Positions 32,469-44,130 of a DNA stretch of 64,000 nucleotides are shown here, piece after piece (positions within the stretch are counted from its first letter, which is position 1; the number at the start of each line of letters is the position of its first letter). Where the stretch lies: positions 128,001-192,000 of the forward strand of contig CAWANJ010000006.1 of NCBI GenBank assembly GCA_963783385.1, written 5' to 3'. Source of the DNA: an uncultured Gemmatimonadales bacterium (GTDB taxonomy: Bacteria > Gemmatimonadota > Gemmatimonadetes > Palauibacterales > Palauibacteraceae). Position numbers and translations under genes: made by a program. The notes under the pieces are model-generated. The model was not told the DNA's origin and did not search any database. It saw only the letters and a list, made by a program, of their open reading frames with translations.

Positions 32469-33301
32469 GCCGTCCCGAGCTCCAGGGCCCTGCCCCAGAT
32501 CCGGTCGAACATCGGCTCTGTGAGTGTGCCCGTGAAGGTGTTTTGCTGGCTGGGATGGTAGGAGGTGAGGAGGGTGAGGGGGGCGGGCGACGGCTGGCCC
32601 GCGTCAGCGCCCGCGGGCGACATGGCCGCGTCCGGCGCATCGGCCCGGCCCGGGGCCCCGAGCTCGACCTCGAGCCCGTGCCCGAAGCCGGGCATCGGTG
32701 ACGGGACCGTCCACCCCCGGTCCCGGAAGATGCGCAGCACGTGGCGGTAGGCGTACCCGCCCAGGGCCACGATCACCCGCACGTCCTCCAGCAGGTCGAT
32801 CTCACGCTCCAGGTACGGGCGGCAGTTCGCGCGCTCCGACGGGCTGGGCCGGTTCCCGGGAGGGGCACAGCGCACCGAGGCGGTGATCCAGGTGCCGAGG
32901 AGCTCGAGCCCGTCGTCTCGCGAGGTGGCCTCGGCCCGCGTGGCCAGGCCGGCCCGGTGGAGCGCTCGGAAGAGCCAGTCGCCCGACCGGTCTCCCGTGA
33001 ACATGCGACCCGTCCGGTTGGCGCCGTGGGCGGCCGGCGCCAGGCCCACGACCAGGAGCCAGGCGGCCGCGTCACCGAAGCCCGGAACCGGCCTCCCCCA
33101 GTACGTCTGGTCCGCGAAGGACGCCCGCTTCTCGCGCGCCACCTTCTCGCGCCAGCGCACCAGGCGGGGGCAGCGCCGGCACGCCACGACCTCCTCCCGG
33201 AGCTCGGACAGCGCCCGGCGGCGGGCGCGGAGCGACCGGCCGGCGGCGCTGCGCTCGCGCCGCCCCTGTGGACCTGCCGGTCTCTCCCGCTCGGCGTTCA
33301 C
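32465..33301 (-). CDS. Uracil-DNA glycosylase, family 5 (UdgB-like, 4Fe-4S)
   Basis: CRRCPRL, GLAPAAHGANRTGRMFTGD, CAPPGNRP, YHPSQQNT. Confidence 0.92.
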   Translation of the reverse strand: MNAERERPAGPQGRRERSAAGRSLRARRRALSELREEVVACRRCPRLVRWREKVAREKRASFADQTYWGRPVPGFGDAAAWLLVVGLAPAAHGANRTGRMFTGDRSGDWLFRALHRAGLATRAEATSRDDGLELLGTWITASVRCAPPGNRPSPSERANCRPYLEREIDLLEDVRVIVALGGYAYRHVLRIFRDRGWTVPSPMPGFGHGLEVELGAPGRADAPDAAMSPAGADAGQPSPAPLTLLTSYHPSQQNTFTGTLTEPMFDRIWGRALELGTA

Positions 33302-33712
33302 TTGCGCAGCAGGAGCACCGGGATGTGGACCTGGTGCCGGACCTCGGAAGCGGCGCTCCCCAGGAGGAGATCCAGGACCCCACGGTGCCCGTGGGTCGCC
33401 ATGGCGATCAGGTCGACGCCCAGCTCGGCCGCGGTCGCGACGATGCCCTCCCCCGGCGTCCCGTAGCGGATCTCGCCGCGGACATCGATGCCCCGCTCCT
33501 TCAGACGGTCGACCCGTCGCTGAAGCCGCTCACGGTGCTCGCCCTCCTCGGGGTCCTGGAGACGGCCCTGGAAGTAGCGACCGCGCCATCCGCCGGCCAC
33601 GTGCAGGAGGATGACCTCCGAGCCGCACAGCTTCGGCGAGCTCGGACACGTGGTCCAGGATCCCCTCCTCGCCCTCCTCCAGCTCCAGCGGCACGAGTAT
33701 CGTCCCGTACAC
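33298..33712 (-). CDS. Universal stress protein (frameshifted)
   Basis: MYGTILVPL; [27 protein letters not shown]...PVLLLR. Confidence 0.88.
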
Positions 33713-33811
33713 GTCTCACCTCCATGGTTGCTACAGGGGCGGCCCGGTCGGCCGACCACCACCGATCTCCGCCGGCCGCCGATCGGCCCGCCTCGCCTCC
33801 GCGCAGCGCCT

Positions 33812-35156
33812 TCAGGACCCTCCCGTGACCACCAGGTAGATCAGGAACAGGTTCACCAGAACGATGACCGCCGTGATCACCCAACCCACGATCCGCGTCA
33901 GCCTGCGGTTGACGAATCCCCCACCCATGAGCTTCTCGGACGATGTGAAGCGCAGGAGAGGGACGATCGCGAACGGGAGCTGGAGGCTGAGCACCACCTG
34001 GCTCAGCACGAGCAGGAAGAGCGGGTCCGTTCCCAGGGCCACCGCGATGATGACGGGGATCATGGTCAGGAGCCGCGTCACGAGGCGGCGCACCCACGGC
34101 TTGACCTTGACCTGCAGGAAGCCCTCCATGACCACCTGTCCCGCCAGGGTTCCGGTGGCCGAGGAGGACAGGCCCGCCGCCAGGAGCGCGACGGCGAAAA
34201 CGGTGGCCGACGCGCTTCCGAGCAGAGGACCCAGCGTATGGTGGGCCTGCTGGATGCTCGCGACCTGGAGGCCGCGCGCGCCGAACACGGCCGCCGACAT
34301 GATGAGAATGGCCGCGTTGACGAACAGGGCCCCGTTCAGGGCGATGGCCGAGTCGATGAAGGCGAAGTGGACGAGCTTGCGCTTGTGCTCCTCCTCCTCG
34401 GACTTCTTCCGGTACTGGGACAGGGCCGAGTGCAGGTAGACGTTGTGCGGCATCACGGTGGCGCCCAGCATGCCGATGGCTACGAACACGGCGGCCTCCG
34501 GCATGCGCGGCACCGCGAGGCTGTAGAACACCTGACCCACGTCCGGCCTCGCCAGGAGGATCTCCACCACGTAGCCCCCGCCCACGATGGCCACCATCGC
34601 CGTGATCGCGATCTCGAACCACCGGAAGCCGGCCCGCTGCAGCGCCAGCACCAGGAGCACGTCGAACGCCGTGATGAAGCACAGCCGGAATGAGCCCGAT
34701 GTGGAACAGGAGGTGGATGCCGATGGCCGCACCGAGGAACTCGGCCAGGTCGGTGGCCATCATGGCCAGCTCGGCCGTGATCCACAGGAGCATGGCCACG
34801 CCGCGCGAGTACTCCTCCCGGCAGAGCTCGGCCAGGTCGTGGTTGGTGGCGATCCCGAGCTTGGCGGCCAGCGTCTGCAGGAAGATCGCGAAGATGTTGC
34901 TCCACAGAAGGACCCACAGGAGCTTGTAGCCGAACTCCGCCCCGCCGGAGATGTCCGTGGCCCAGTTGCCCGGGTCCATGTAGCCCACGCTCACGATGAA
35001 CGCGGGGCCGAGGTAGGGAAGCAGGACGGAGGGCGTCAGGTACTCGCGCAGGAGGCCCCGGATGCGGACCGTCACGGACTCGCGGCCACTTCCGCCTCCG
35101 CCCTGGTCCTCTCCGTCCGGTCCCGGGCCGTTGGCATCCGCCACGGGGGCGTTCAC
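33812..35156 (-). CDS. mntH: Nramp divalent metal (Mn2+) transporter (frameshifted)
   Basis: [46 protein letters not shown]. Confidence 0.93.
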
Positions 35157-35623
35157 GGAGATCGGTCCGCCTCGGTGAGGGAAATGTCGCCCGCCTCCTT
35201 GGGCGCCGAGAGGACGATGGAGGTGTTGGTACCCTCGATGCCCGGGAGCCCCAGGAGCCGCTTGATCTCCCGGTTCATCTCCGTCTCGCTCCGGAAGCGT
35301 CCGATCACCATGACGTCGAACTCGCCGGTGATCTCGTACACGTGCGTCAGGCGGTCGTCGGCCACCAGCGCCTCCACGATGCGCGGGAGCGCGTCGCCAC
35401 GTGCCTTGATGCGGATGACCGCCACCAGCCCGTAGCCCAGCCTCGAATAGTCGACCACGGGGCGGTAGCCCGCGATGACCCCGCTCTCCTCGAGCTCGCG
35501 GAGATGGTTGCGGACTGTGCTCGTCGATACGCCCAGCGCCTCCCCCAGCTCCCGCAGGGACCGGCGCGCATCGTCACGCAGTGCCTCGATGAGGCGCGCA
35601 TCCAGATCCTGATAGGCCATCAT
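35153..35623 (-). CDS. Lrp/AsnC family transcriptional regulator
   Basis: [34 protein letters not shown]; [10 protein letters not shown]. Confidence 0.92.
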   Translation of the reverse strand: MMAYQDLDARLIEALRDDARRSLRELGEALGVSTSTVRNHLRELEESGVIAGYRPVVDYSRLGYGLVAVIRIKARGDALPRIVEALVADDRLTHVYEITGEFDVMVIGRFRSETEMNREIKRLLGLPGIEGTNTSIVLSAPKEAGDISLTEADRSP

Positions 35624-37143
35624 GCGGTCTCTGCCTTGATCTGCAGGTCGGGGTCCGCGGCCGGAGGCGACTCCGGGGAGAGCCGCCGGCCGTAGAGGCG
35701 TCGCTCAACGCGGGCCTCGGCCCCCAGAGGATAACGCCAGTAGCGCCACGGTGCCGAGAGAAGGTGGCGGGCGATGAAGGGCCCGGCCACCTCCGGAGCG
35801 TCCTCGAACAGGTCACGGCCGAGCCGGACGCGGACCTGCTCGAGCCGGCGGATGGCCTCGTCGGGATCGTCACGCACCAAACGTCGGAACAGGACCGCCG
35901 CCAGGTGACGCAGGCTGCGCTCGGGGACGCCCTCGACCTCCGGCATGAAGGTGACGGCCCGGATGGACGGCGCGTGGAACACGAGGTCGGCGTCCGCTTC
36001 CACGAGCCACAGCCCCCGCCGGCCTCCCGACGCCGCCTCCCGTGCCGCCGCCTCGTCGCTGCCGTCGGCCGCCGTGAGCCGTTCGGCCGGGATCCACAGC
36101 TCGCGGTAGTGGCCGTCCGTGACGATCCACTCCAGGCGACCGGCTTCCCGTCCGTCCGCCCGGATCCACAGCTCGACCCGCTCCCAGTCGCGCTCCCAGA
36201 ACTTGCTCAGCTCGGCGGGGGTGAGGGCCAGGTATCGCCACACCCAGTAAGCCTGACCCTCCAGCCACCAGGGCCCGTCGGATTCCCGCTCGTACGGGCG
36301 GCCCGGCCCCTGTTTCACGTACAGGAGGAGCACCGGAGGAACCGGGCGAGGGACGAAGAACGCGCCGACGAGGAGGTCGACGAGGAACAGGCCCGCGAGG
36401 GCGGCCAGAAAGGTTCCCCAGCCCTCGGTGCTGCCGTGCCGGACGAAGGGCAGCAGGTATCGGACGATCACGACCGGGAGCGCTCCCAGGACGGCGGTGA
36501 CCGCGTCGCGATAGATCCCATACAGCAGGAGGACCAGCAGCGGCAGTCCCGCCGGGATCCACAGGTCGAGAGCCGGGCGGAAGACCCCGACACGATGGAG
36601 CAGCGGCACGCTCACCGCGGCGAGGACCAGACCGGTCAGGGTGGCCAGCGGGAGCTTGTACGTGGCGAAGAACATGCTGGTGAAGCCCGAGATGTGGCGC
36701 GGATCCAGGAGCCCTCGGCCCAGGGACGTCCCGTCGTGGACGACGTCCACGCGTCCGCCGCCGACGGGCTTCAGCTCGAGCTCCAGCCTCCGCAGGCGCT
36801 CCAGCACGTCCCGGCCCGCCTCGCTCTTGACCCCGAGCCGGTAGCGGCCCAGGCGCCGGAAGCGGCGCAGAACGAGGAGGAGAGGGCCGATGAGGAACAG
36901 CAGCACATAGCTGCGGAATCTCGGCACCTGGAGGTCCGGACGATCGAGGCCGAGGCGATAGAGCACCGGATCAGCCAGCCCCGCCTCGCGCAGCCGAGCG
37001 GGAACGCCGTCCTCGAGCCGGAGCACGCTGGCCCAGTAGTCGGCGTACAGGTAGGGACCGCGGAGCAGGCCGCGGTCCCTGAGCCACTCGGCCAGCGACT
37101 GGACCGCTCCCTCCTCCGCCCGTGGCCGGTCTTCCGCGTTCAT
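35620..37143 (-). CDS. Hypothetical membrane protein
   Basis: About 507-aa ORF with several hydrophobic segments and a Trp-rich C-terminal domain; stop overlaps Lrp start. Confidence 0.7.
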   Translation of the reverse strand: MNAEDRPRAEEGAVQSLAEWLRDRGLLRGPYLYADYWASVLRLEDGVPARLREAGLADPVLYRLGLDRPDLQVPRFRSYVLLFLIGPLLLVLRRFRRLGRYRLGVKSEAGRDVLERLRRLELELKPVGGGRVDVVHDGTSLGRGLLDPRHISGFTSMFFATYKLPLATLTGLVLAAVSVPLLHRVGVFRPALDLWIPAGLPLLVLLLYGIYRDAVTAVLGALPVVIVRYLLPFVRHGSTEGWGTFLAALAGLFLVDLLVGAFFVPRPVPPVLLLYVKQGPGRPYERESDGPWWLEGQAYWVWRYLALTPAELSKFWERDWERVELWIRADGREAGRLEWIVTDGHYRELWIPAERLTAADGSDEAAAREAASGGRRGLWLVEADADLVFHAPSIRAVTFMPEVEGVPERSLRHLAAVLFRRLVRDDPDEAIRRLEQVRVRLGRDLFEDAPEVAGPFIARHLLSAPWRYWRYPLGAEARVERRLYGRRLSPESPPAADPDLQIKAETA

Positions 37144-37253
37144 CCGCCTGCCCCTCCCGTGGCCCGGCGCCGTTGTGCGCCTCGTCGGTCGGACCCACAT
37201 TCCGCCGGTCCGCGACTCGGTCCCGCTCGCCTGAATCTAAGCCGGGAGGCTCC

Positions 37254-38171
37254 ATGCGCTTCAACCTCGTCCGTCGCGCACCGGCGGTCGCCGGATCCAT
37301 CCTGGCCCTGGCCCTCCTCCTGGCACCCTCCGGCTCGTTCGCCCAGTCGGCGAGCGGCTCGCCGGACTCCGTGCGGGGCGTCCGCTGGTTCCCGCGCACC
37401 AGCCCCTTCCCCTCGCTCCTGGCCGACCCACGCGAGGTGGGACTCAGAGGCTCCTTCATCCTGGCCGACCGGCCACGGCTCGGCGCATACAGCGGCCGCA
37501 ACATCGAAGCGGACGTGGCCGTGGGACACCGGTTCGGCGTCGTGAGATTCCAGGAGGCCACGGCATCCCGTCCCGCCGTGCAGCTCGGCTTCGAGGTGGG
37601 CGTGGTCTCCCGCTTCTACATGCAGACGTCCACCCGGGACCTGATCGACGTGACGTACCGCGTGGGCGTGCCCCTGTCGCTGGGGTGGCGCGGCTGGGAG
37701 GGGCGGCTGGAGCTACTGCACGAGAGCTCGCACGTGGGCGACGACTTCCTGTCCCGGTTCGGCTTTCCGTACGGGTCCTTCCACGAGGTGAGCCGGGAGG
37801 GCGTGGAGCTCCTCGTGGCGCGCCGGGTCACCCCCGATATCCGGGTCTACGTCGGGGGGGATGCCAACTTCCACGCCAATACGTCGGTGGAGAGGACCGA
37901 CGTGCGCTGGGGAGCCGAGTGGGATCCCGCGCCGGGCCAGGGCCGGGGCGATAGCGCCCACCTCGCGGCGTGGCCCTACGCCGGGGCGGATTTCTTCCTC
38001 AGCGAGGAGAACCGTCGAGTGGCGGGGAGCGGAGTCGCGGGCGTGGGCCTGCGCGTCGAGGGCGTGACGCTGCGGCTCGAGGCACGGGGCCACTATGGAC
38101 CCTCCACGATGGGCTATTTCCGGAACACGCCCGAGACGTTCGCCGGACTCGGATTGCGGGTCGTGCTCTAG
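37254..38171 (+). CDS. DUF1207-like secreted/outer-membrane protein
   Basis: Signal peptide; FPSLLADPRE, HESSHVGDDF, C-terminal alternating beta strand. Confidence 0.75.
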   Translation: MRFNLVRRAPAVAGSILALALLLAPSGSFAQSASGSPDSVRGVRWFPRTSPFPSLLADPREVGLRGSFILADRPRLGAYSGRNIEADVAVGHRFGVVRFQEATASRPAVQLGFEVGVVSRFYMQTSTRDLIDVTYRVGVPLSLGWRGWEGRLELLHESSHVGDDFLSRFGFPYGSFHEVSREGVELLVARRVTPDIRVYVGGDANFHANTSVERTDVRWGAEWDPAPGQGRGDSAHLAAWPYAGADFFLSEENRRVAGSGVAGVGLRVEGVTLRLEARGHYGPSTMGYFRNTPETFAGLGLRVVL

Positions 38172-38236
38172 CCGCCTCGCCCGTCCTCTGGCGATCCTCG
38201 CCGTCCCACGACCGCTCCGCAGGCACGAGGGAGAGC

Positions 38237-38515
38237 ATGACGACCTTCCCGCCCGACCCGGAGGAACGCGACCTGGTGGCCGTGAAGAGCGTCGCGCGGC
38301 CCGACGGAGGCCGCCGGTTCGCGCTGGAGGAAGGACTCGGCGAGGAGGCGGCGGGCCTCCGGGAGCTGCTCGGGGCGCAGCGACACGAGAGCGACCTGGT
38401 GAGCGCCATGCGGGAGGTGGGTTTCCACCTCACCATGATCGGGGGAGGCGCCTCGCCCGAGGAGACGCGACGCTTCTACTTCCGGAAGGTCGGGGGGAGC
38501 GCGGAGGGCAGCTGA
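38237..38515 (+). CDS. Small hypothetical protein
   Basis: [10 protein letters not shown] then ATG; typical codon usage. Confidence 0.55.
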   Translation: MTTFPPDPEERDLVAVKSVARPDGGRRFALEEGLGEEAAGLRELLGAQRHESDLVSAMREVGFHLTMIGGGASPEETRRFYFRKVGGSAEGS

Positions 38516-38568
38516 CCGGGAGACCGCCGGACGGCGTCGGTCGTGAGCCGCGGATCGGCCGCCCGTGC

Positions 38569-38793
38569 TCAGCCCACGTCGACGCCGGACACACGCTCGG
38601 CGGGTCCGGCGCGCTCGACGCGCGCCACGACCCGCAGGACGTCGCCGGCTCTGAGTCCGGGCGGCAGGAGATCCCGAGGGAGCTCGAATCCGCGTCCGTC
38701 CGCGATCTCGAGGAGCTCGACCACATCCTCCGTCACGTCGAACACCACGAGCTTCCTGCGCTCGGTGTCCGTGGCACTGTGCATGGCATCCAT
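38569..38793 (-). CDS. Small protein, DUF3006-like
   Basis: FELPRDLLPPGLRAGDVLRV. Confidence 0.5.
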   Translation of the reverse strand: MDAMHSATDTERRKLVVFDVTEDVVELLEIADGRGFELPRDLLPPGLRAGDVLRVVARVERAGPAERVSGVDVG

Positions 38794-39119
38794 CCCGTCT
38801 CGCTTTCGCACGGTCCCGCGGCGTTCACGGGCGGCGCGGACAAGCGCCGCGCTCGACGGGACACGGTTCAAGCCACGTGCCGCCCGCGCACCCAGGTCCC
38901 ATGACCCGTAAGCTACATGATAATAGACACTTAGACACATCGTAGCATACGGCGGACCGGCGGGGTCCGCGCGGCGACCGTGCAGCTTCCCTCCGGCTTG
39001 GCGATCTGCGAGGGCTTCCCGGGCGGCGCCTCCACGCCCCCGGAGCCTGGCCTCCGGGCGGTGTCGGATGGTCCGGAGGCCGGGAGATCCCTCCGCCAGG
39101 TGGTGCGGCCGATCTCGCC

Positions 39120-39573
39120 TCAGGAGCCCTCTTCCGGCTCCGACGAGTTCCAGATGTCGCGCCAGATCTTCCACGACCCGTCCTTGCCCTTCACCACCAC
39201 GTTCATCCACGGGCCACCCTGGGAAATCGTGTTCCCGTCCTCGTCTTTCCCCGTGAGCTCGTACGTGCCCCAACCCGCTCCCCAGTCCCCCGTCATTCTT
39301 GCTGCCCGTGACCGTGAGCTTGATCGTGATACCCTTGTAGTTCTGCATGTCGGCCACGATGTCGTCCGTCCCGCGCTGGGGATCGGCTCCCGGCGGGTAG
39401 CGGATGGCGTCAGGCGTGTACAGGGCCGCCGTGGCGTCGTAGTGTCCCGCGTTGAAGGTCGACTCCCACTGGGCGAGCAGCTTCGCCATGGGATCCTGGG
39501 ACTGGGCGCGCAGGGCTCCGGCGGAGGCCACGCACAGAGCGACCGCGACGAGCAGGACGGGACGGTACCGCAT
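39120..39573 (-). CDS. Secreted DUF4440/YybH (NTF2-like) protein (frameshifted)
   Basis: WESTFNAGHYDATAALYTPDA; KDGSWKIWRDIWNS in second frame; AGGAGG RBS. Confidence 0.8.
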
Positions 39574-39682
39574 GAGGCACACCTCCTGGAGTAAATTAGG
39601 TATGGAAAAGTCTTAGATCTTTAACATGGCACGATTTACGTGCCTCCACAAGGGAGTCCTCGAGCCGGGAGCCACTGACGCC

Positions 39683-41027
39683 ATGAAGCCGCGCGTCCTC
39701 GTGTTCAGGTGCCTGGCGACCGTCGCCGCCGGGGCGGTGACCGTCGGAAGCGCCCGGGCATCGGTGCCGGGTGCGATCGGGGGCCGCGCGACCGCCGCCG
39801 ACACGACGGTCCTCGCCCTCCGGCACGCCACGGTCATCGATGGCACCGGCGCGCCGCCCGCGCCGGATCGCACCGTGCTCATCCGGGACGGGAAGATCGC
39901 GGCCGTGTACCGGACGGGGACTCGGACCCTCCCCGACGGTGCCCGGACCGAAGACCTGTCGGGCCGGCTGGCTCATCCCGGGCCTCATCGACGCCCACGT
40001 CCACCTCACGGGCGCCGCCCCCGACATGGCGGCGTATGGGAAGCTCCTCGGCTGGGCGCTCCGGAACGGGATCACGTCGGTGCGGGACATGGCCGGCGAT
40101 GACCGCACCCTCGCGTATCTGTCCCGACAGGCGGAGATCGGGGAGATCGCCTCGCCCGACATCTACTACGCCGCGCTCATGGCCGGTCCGACCTTTTTCG
40201 CCGAGGACGGGCGCGCGCAGGCGGCCTCGGCCGGCGAGGTGGTCGGGCAGGCGCCCTACATGCGACAGATCACCGGCGCCACGGACCTGGCGCTCGCCGT
40301 GGCCGCCGCGAGGGGGACGGGGGCCACGGCGCTCAAGCTGTACGCCAACCTCCCCGCCGCCCTGGTGCGAGGCCTGACGGCCGAGGCGCACCGGCAGGGT
40401 CTGCTCGTGTGGACCCACGCGACCATCTTCCCGGCCGGGCCCATGGACGCGGTGCGGGCCGGCGCGGACGCCATCTCGCACAGCGCCTACCTGGCCTGGG
40501 CGGCGGCCGACCGGATCCCGCAGGACTACGGCGTCCGGGCCCGGGCGGACTACCGGCACATCGCGCCGGACGACGCCCGGATCCTGGCCGTGCTCGACAG
40601 CATGAAGTCCCGCGGCACCATCCTCGACGCGACGCTGTGGGTGTTCGCGCACGAGGTCGCGGAGGAACCGGGAAGCGTGGGGCCCGGGCTGGTGGACTGG
40701 GAGGGCGCTGTCACGCGGGAGGCGCATGCGCGCGGCGTGCTGGTGGACGCCGGCACCGACGACCTGGGCTCGCCGGAGGACACGGTGCCCAACCTCCATC
40801 GGGAGATGGCCTACCTGGTCGAGCACGCGGGCTTCACGCCGCTGGAGGCGATCGTGGCGGCGACGCGCGTGTCGGCCATGACGATCGGGCAGGAGGCCAC
40901 CCGCGGGACCATCAGCTCGGGGAAGCGCGCCGACCTGGTGGTCCTGTCGGCCGACCCGACTGCCGACATCCACAACACGCGCCGCGTCGTGGAGGTGTTC
41001 GAGGAGGGCCGCGCCCACGAACGCTGA
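39683..41027 (+). CDS. Secreted amidohydrolase family protein (frameshifted)
   Basis: ATVIDGTG, IPGLIDAHVH, AGTDD, GKRADLVVL. Confidence 0.88.
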
Positions 41028-42403
41028 GCGATCCGCCGGAGCCGGCCTGCAGCGGGTCTTCCGGGTCCGCGACGGCCTGGCGGTCTCGGTCGGCATCGTC
41101 ATCGGCGCCGGCATCCTCCGCACCCCCGGCGCCATCGCCGGCTACCTGGGCCGCCCCTGGCTCATCCTGGCGGTGTGGCTGCTGGGCGGCCTGGTGGCCG
41201 GCCTCAGCACCCTCCTCCTGTCCGAGATGGCCGCCGCCCTCCCCACGGCGGGAGGGAAGTACGTATACGCCCGCGAGGCGTGGGGGCCTGCGGTGGGTTT
41301 CGTGGCGGGGTGGGCCGAACTGCTGGTCGCGAGAGGCTTCTCCGGGGCGGCCAAAGCGGTCGTCATCGCGGAGTACCTGGGACTCCTGGTCCATGGCGTG
41401 AACATCCCGGTCGCGGCCGGGACAGTGGTCCTCCTGTTCACGGCCCTGCACCTGGCCGGAGTGCGGACCGGGCGCGCCTTCCAGAACGCCAGCACCCTGA
41501 TCAAGGTCGTCCTCCTCCTGGTCATCGCCGCCGCCGGACTGGCGGCGGGGCTCGGAGCCGGGGGAGGAGGAGCGGCCGCGGCGGTCCGCGTGGCGCCGGG
41601 CGCCGGTGGCGTGGCTCCGGTGACCCTGCTCGGCCTCGCCCTCGCCTACCAGAACGTGGCGTTCGCCTACTACGGGTGGGAGGACGCCGCCAAGATGGCC
41701 GAGGAGACGCGCGATCCCGGTCGCTCCCTGCCGCGCATCCTCCTCGGCGGAGCCTGCGGCGGTCGCCCTCCTGTACCTCCTCGTCAACGGCTCCTTCCTG
41801 GCCGCCCTCACGCCGTACGCAGATGGCCGGCTCCAAGCTGGTGGCCCGGGAAGCGGTGGCCGGGACGTTCGGGCGCGCCTCCGGCACCTTCGTGATCGTC
41901 GCGGGTCTGCTCATCCTCCTCAGCAGCCTCAACGTCAACTTCCTGGGCATGCCGCGGGTGGCGCTCGCCCTGGCGCGGGACGGCCTCGCTCCGCGGGCCT
42001 TCGCGCGGGTCGGGAGTCACGCGGAACGCCGGTCCCGGGCCTTCTGTTCATCGCGGCGGTGCTGTTCGCCCTCGCGATCACCGGGGCGTTCGAGTGGATC
42101 ATCCGCTTCATGATGCTGGTGGCCATCTCGGTCGACACCGTCGTGCTGGCGGGCTTCTTCCGGCTGCGGCGGACGCGGCCCGAGCTGCACCGCCCGATGC
42201 GGGTGCCCGGCTGTCCGTGGCTTCCGGGCTTCGCTCTCCTGTTGCAGGTCCTCGTGCTGGCCGCCATCGTGGGCACGCAGCCACGCCTCGCGCTGGGGGG
42301 TGGGGCGATGCTGCTGGCGCTCGTCGCGGCCGGCGTCCTGACGGCGCGGCGAGGGCCCCCGCCCCGTGCCGGTAATCGAACCCCTACCGGACCGACTCCC
42401 TGA
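41017..42403 (+). CDS. APC-family amino acid permease (frameshifted, start unclear)
   Basis: VGIVIGAGILRTPG, EMAAALPTAGGKYVY, FAYYGWED...AEETRDP, RPMRVPG. Confidence 0.85.
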
Positions 42404-42421
42404 GCCCCGACGGAGCTCGAC

Positions 42422-44130
42422 ATGACGCCCGTTCGCACGTGGTCCGTACGCCGCGCTCCGCTCCTCGTCGCCGCGGGGCTCACCGCCCTGGGCGGCTCGA
42501 GTCCGGCCGCGGCCCAGAGCCCGACGCTCAGCGCCCCCGGCCTCGGTACCCTGACCATGCCGACCTCGGCTCGCTCGGACTCCGCGCAGCGCGCCTTCCT
42601 GCGGGGCGTCCTCCTCCTGCACCTGTTCGAGTATCAGCGGGCCGAAGCCGCGTTCCGCGCGGCCGAGGCGGCCGAGCCCGGCTTCGCCATGGCCACCTGG
42701 GGCGAGGCCATGACCCACACGCATCCGGTGTGGAACCGGCAGGACGTCGCGGCCGGCCGCGCGGCTCTCGCCCGGCTTGCGGCGACACCGGCCGCGCGGG
42801 CCGCGAAGGCTCCCACGCCGAGGGAGAAGGCCTACCTCGCCGCGGTGGAGATCCTGTACGGGACGGGGCTCAAGGCACGCCGAGACACGCTGTACTCGGA
42901 GGCGATGGGCCGCCTGGCGCGCGCGTATCCCGGTGACGACCAGGCCCACCTGTTCTATCGCCCTCTCGCTGCTGGGACTGAGCCAGGGGGTGCGGGTCGT
43001 CCCCACCTACCTCCGGGCCGCCGCCATCGCCGAGAGCGCCCTGGCGCGCGAGCCGCACAATCCGGGCGCCGCCCACTACCTGATCCACGCGGTCGACGAC
43101 CCGGAGCACGCCGCGCGGGGCCTGCCCGCCGCCCGTGCCCTGCTGGCCGAGGCGACCGACGCCGGCCACGGCGAGCACATGGCCTCGCACATCTTCATGG
43201 CCCTGGGCATGTGGGACGACGTGGTGGCGGCCAACGAGACCGCCGTGGGGGTCGTCGACCGAGCGGCTGGCCGCAGCGGGCCGGCCTGCGCTCGTCTGCG
43301 GCCACTACCCGAGCTGGCTCGAGTACGGCTACCTGGAGCAGGGACGGATCGGGAAGGCCCGGGCCGTGCTTCACGCCTGCTACCAGCGGGCCATGAGCGC
43401 CGCGAAGCGCTCCGGCTCGAGCGACCCCGACAACTCCGTGGTCGGCTCCTACGCGATGATGCGGTCCCGCTTCCTGGTGGACGTGGCCGGAACGGGCGCC
43501 GAGGTCGGCGGCCTGGACGGTGGACCCGGGCTCGAACACGTTCGCCGCGCTCACCGACGCGTTCGTGAGCGGGACTGGAGGCGGCGCGGAGCGGGGACGA
43601 CCCGGGGCTCCACGCCGCTCGCGCGTCCTACGACAGCCTCGCGCAGCGAGCTCGCGGCCCGAGCCGCGTCGGAGGGCTGGTCCGACCCCGGAGCTGACGG
43701 AGTTCGAGAAGCGCGTTCGGACGCTGGGACTCGAGCTCCGGGGCCTGGAGCGGAGGGCGGCCGGAGACGACGCCGGCGCCGTGGCGGACCTCGAGAGGGC
43801 GACGGCCACCGAGGACTCCATGGCGTTCGCCTTCGGCCCGCCGTTCGTCGACCAGCCGGCGCACGAGCTCCTGGGCGAGGTGCTGCTGGCGGCGCACCGG
43901 CCCTCCCGTGCCGCCGAGCGAGTTCCGCAGCGCCCTGCGGCACGCGCCGCGTCGGACGCGATCCCTCCTGGGGCTGGCCCGGGCCTCCGAGGCCGCGGGA
44001 GACACCGTGGCCGCTGCGCGGAGCCTACCGTGAGCTGGCGGCCATCTGGCACGCGGCGGACGCGGACCTCCCGGGGCTGGTGGAGGCGCGATCTCGGGCG
44101 CCGGCCGGGAGCGCCGGCGCTGGACACTAG
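42422..44130 (+). CDS. Secreted TPR-like hypothetical protein (frameshifted)
   Basis: AQRAFLRGVLLLHLFEY, FAMATWGEAM, NPGAAHYLIHAVD, HMASHIF, PAHELLGEVLL. Confidence 0.75.
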
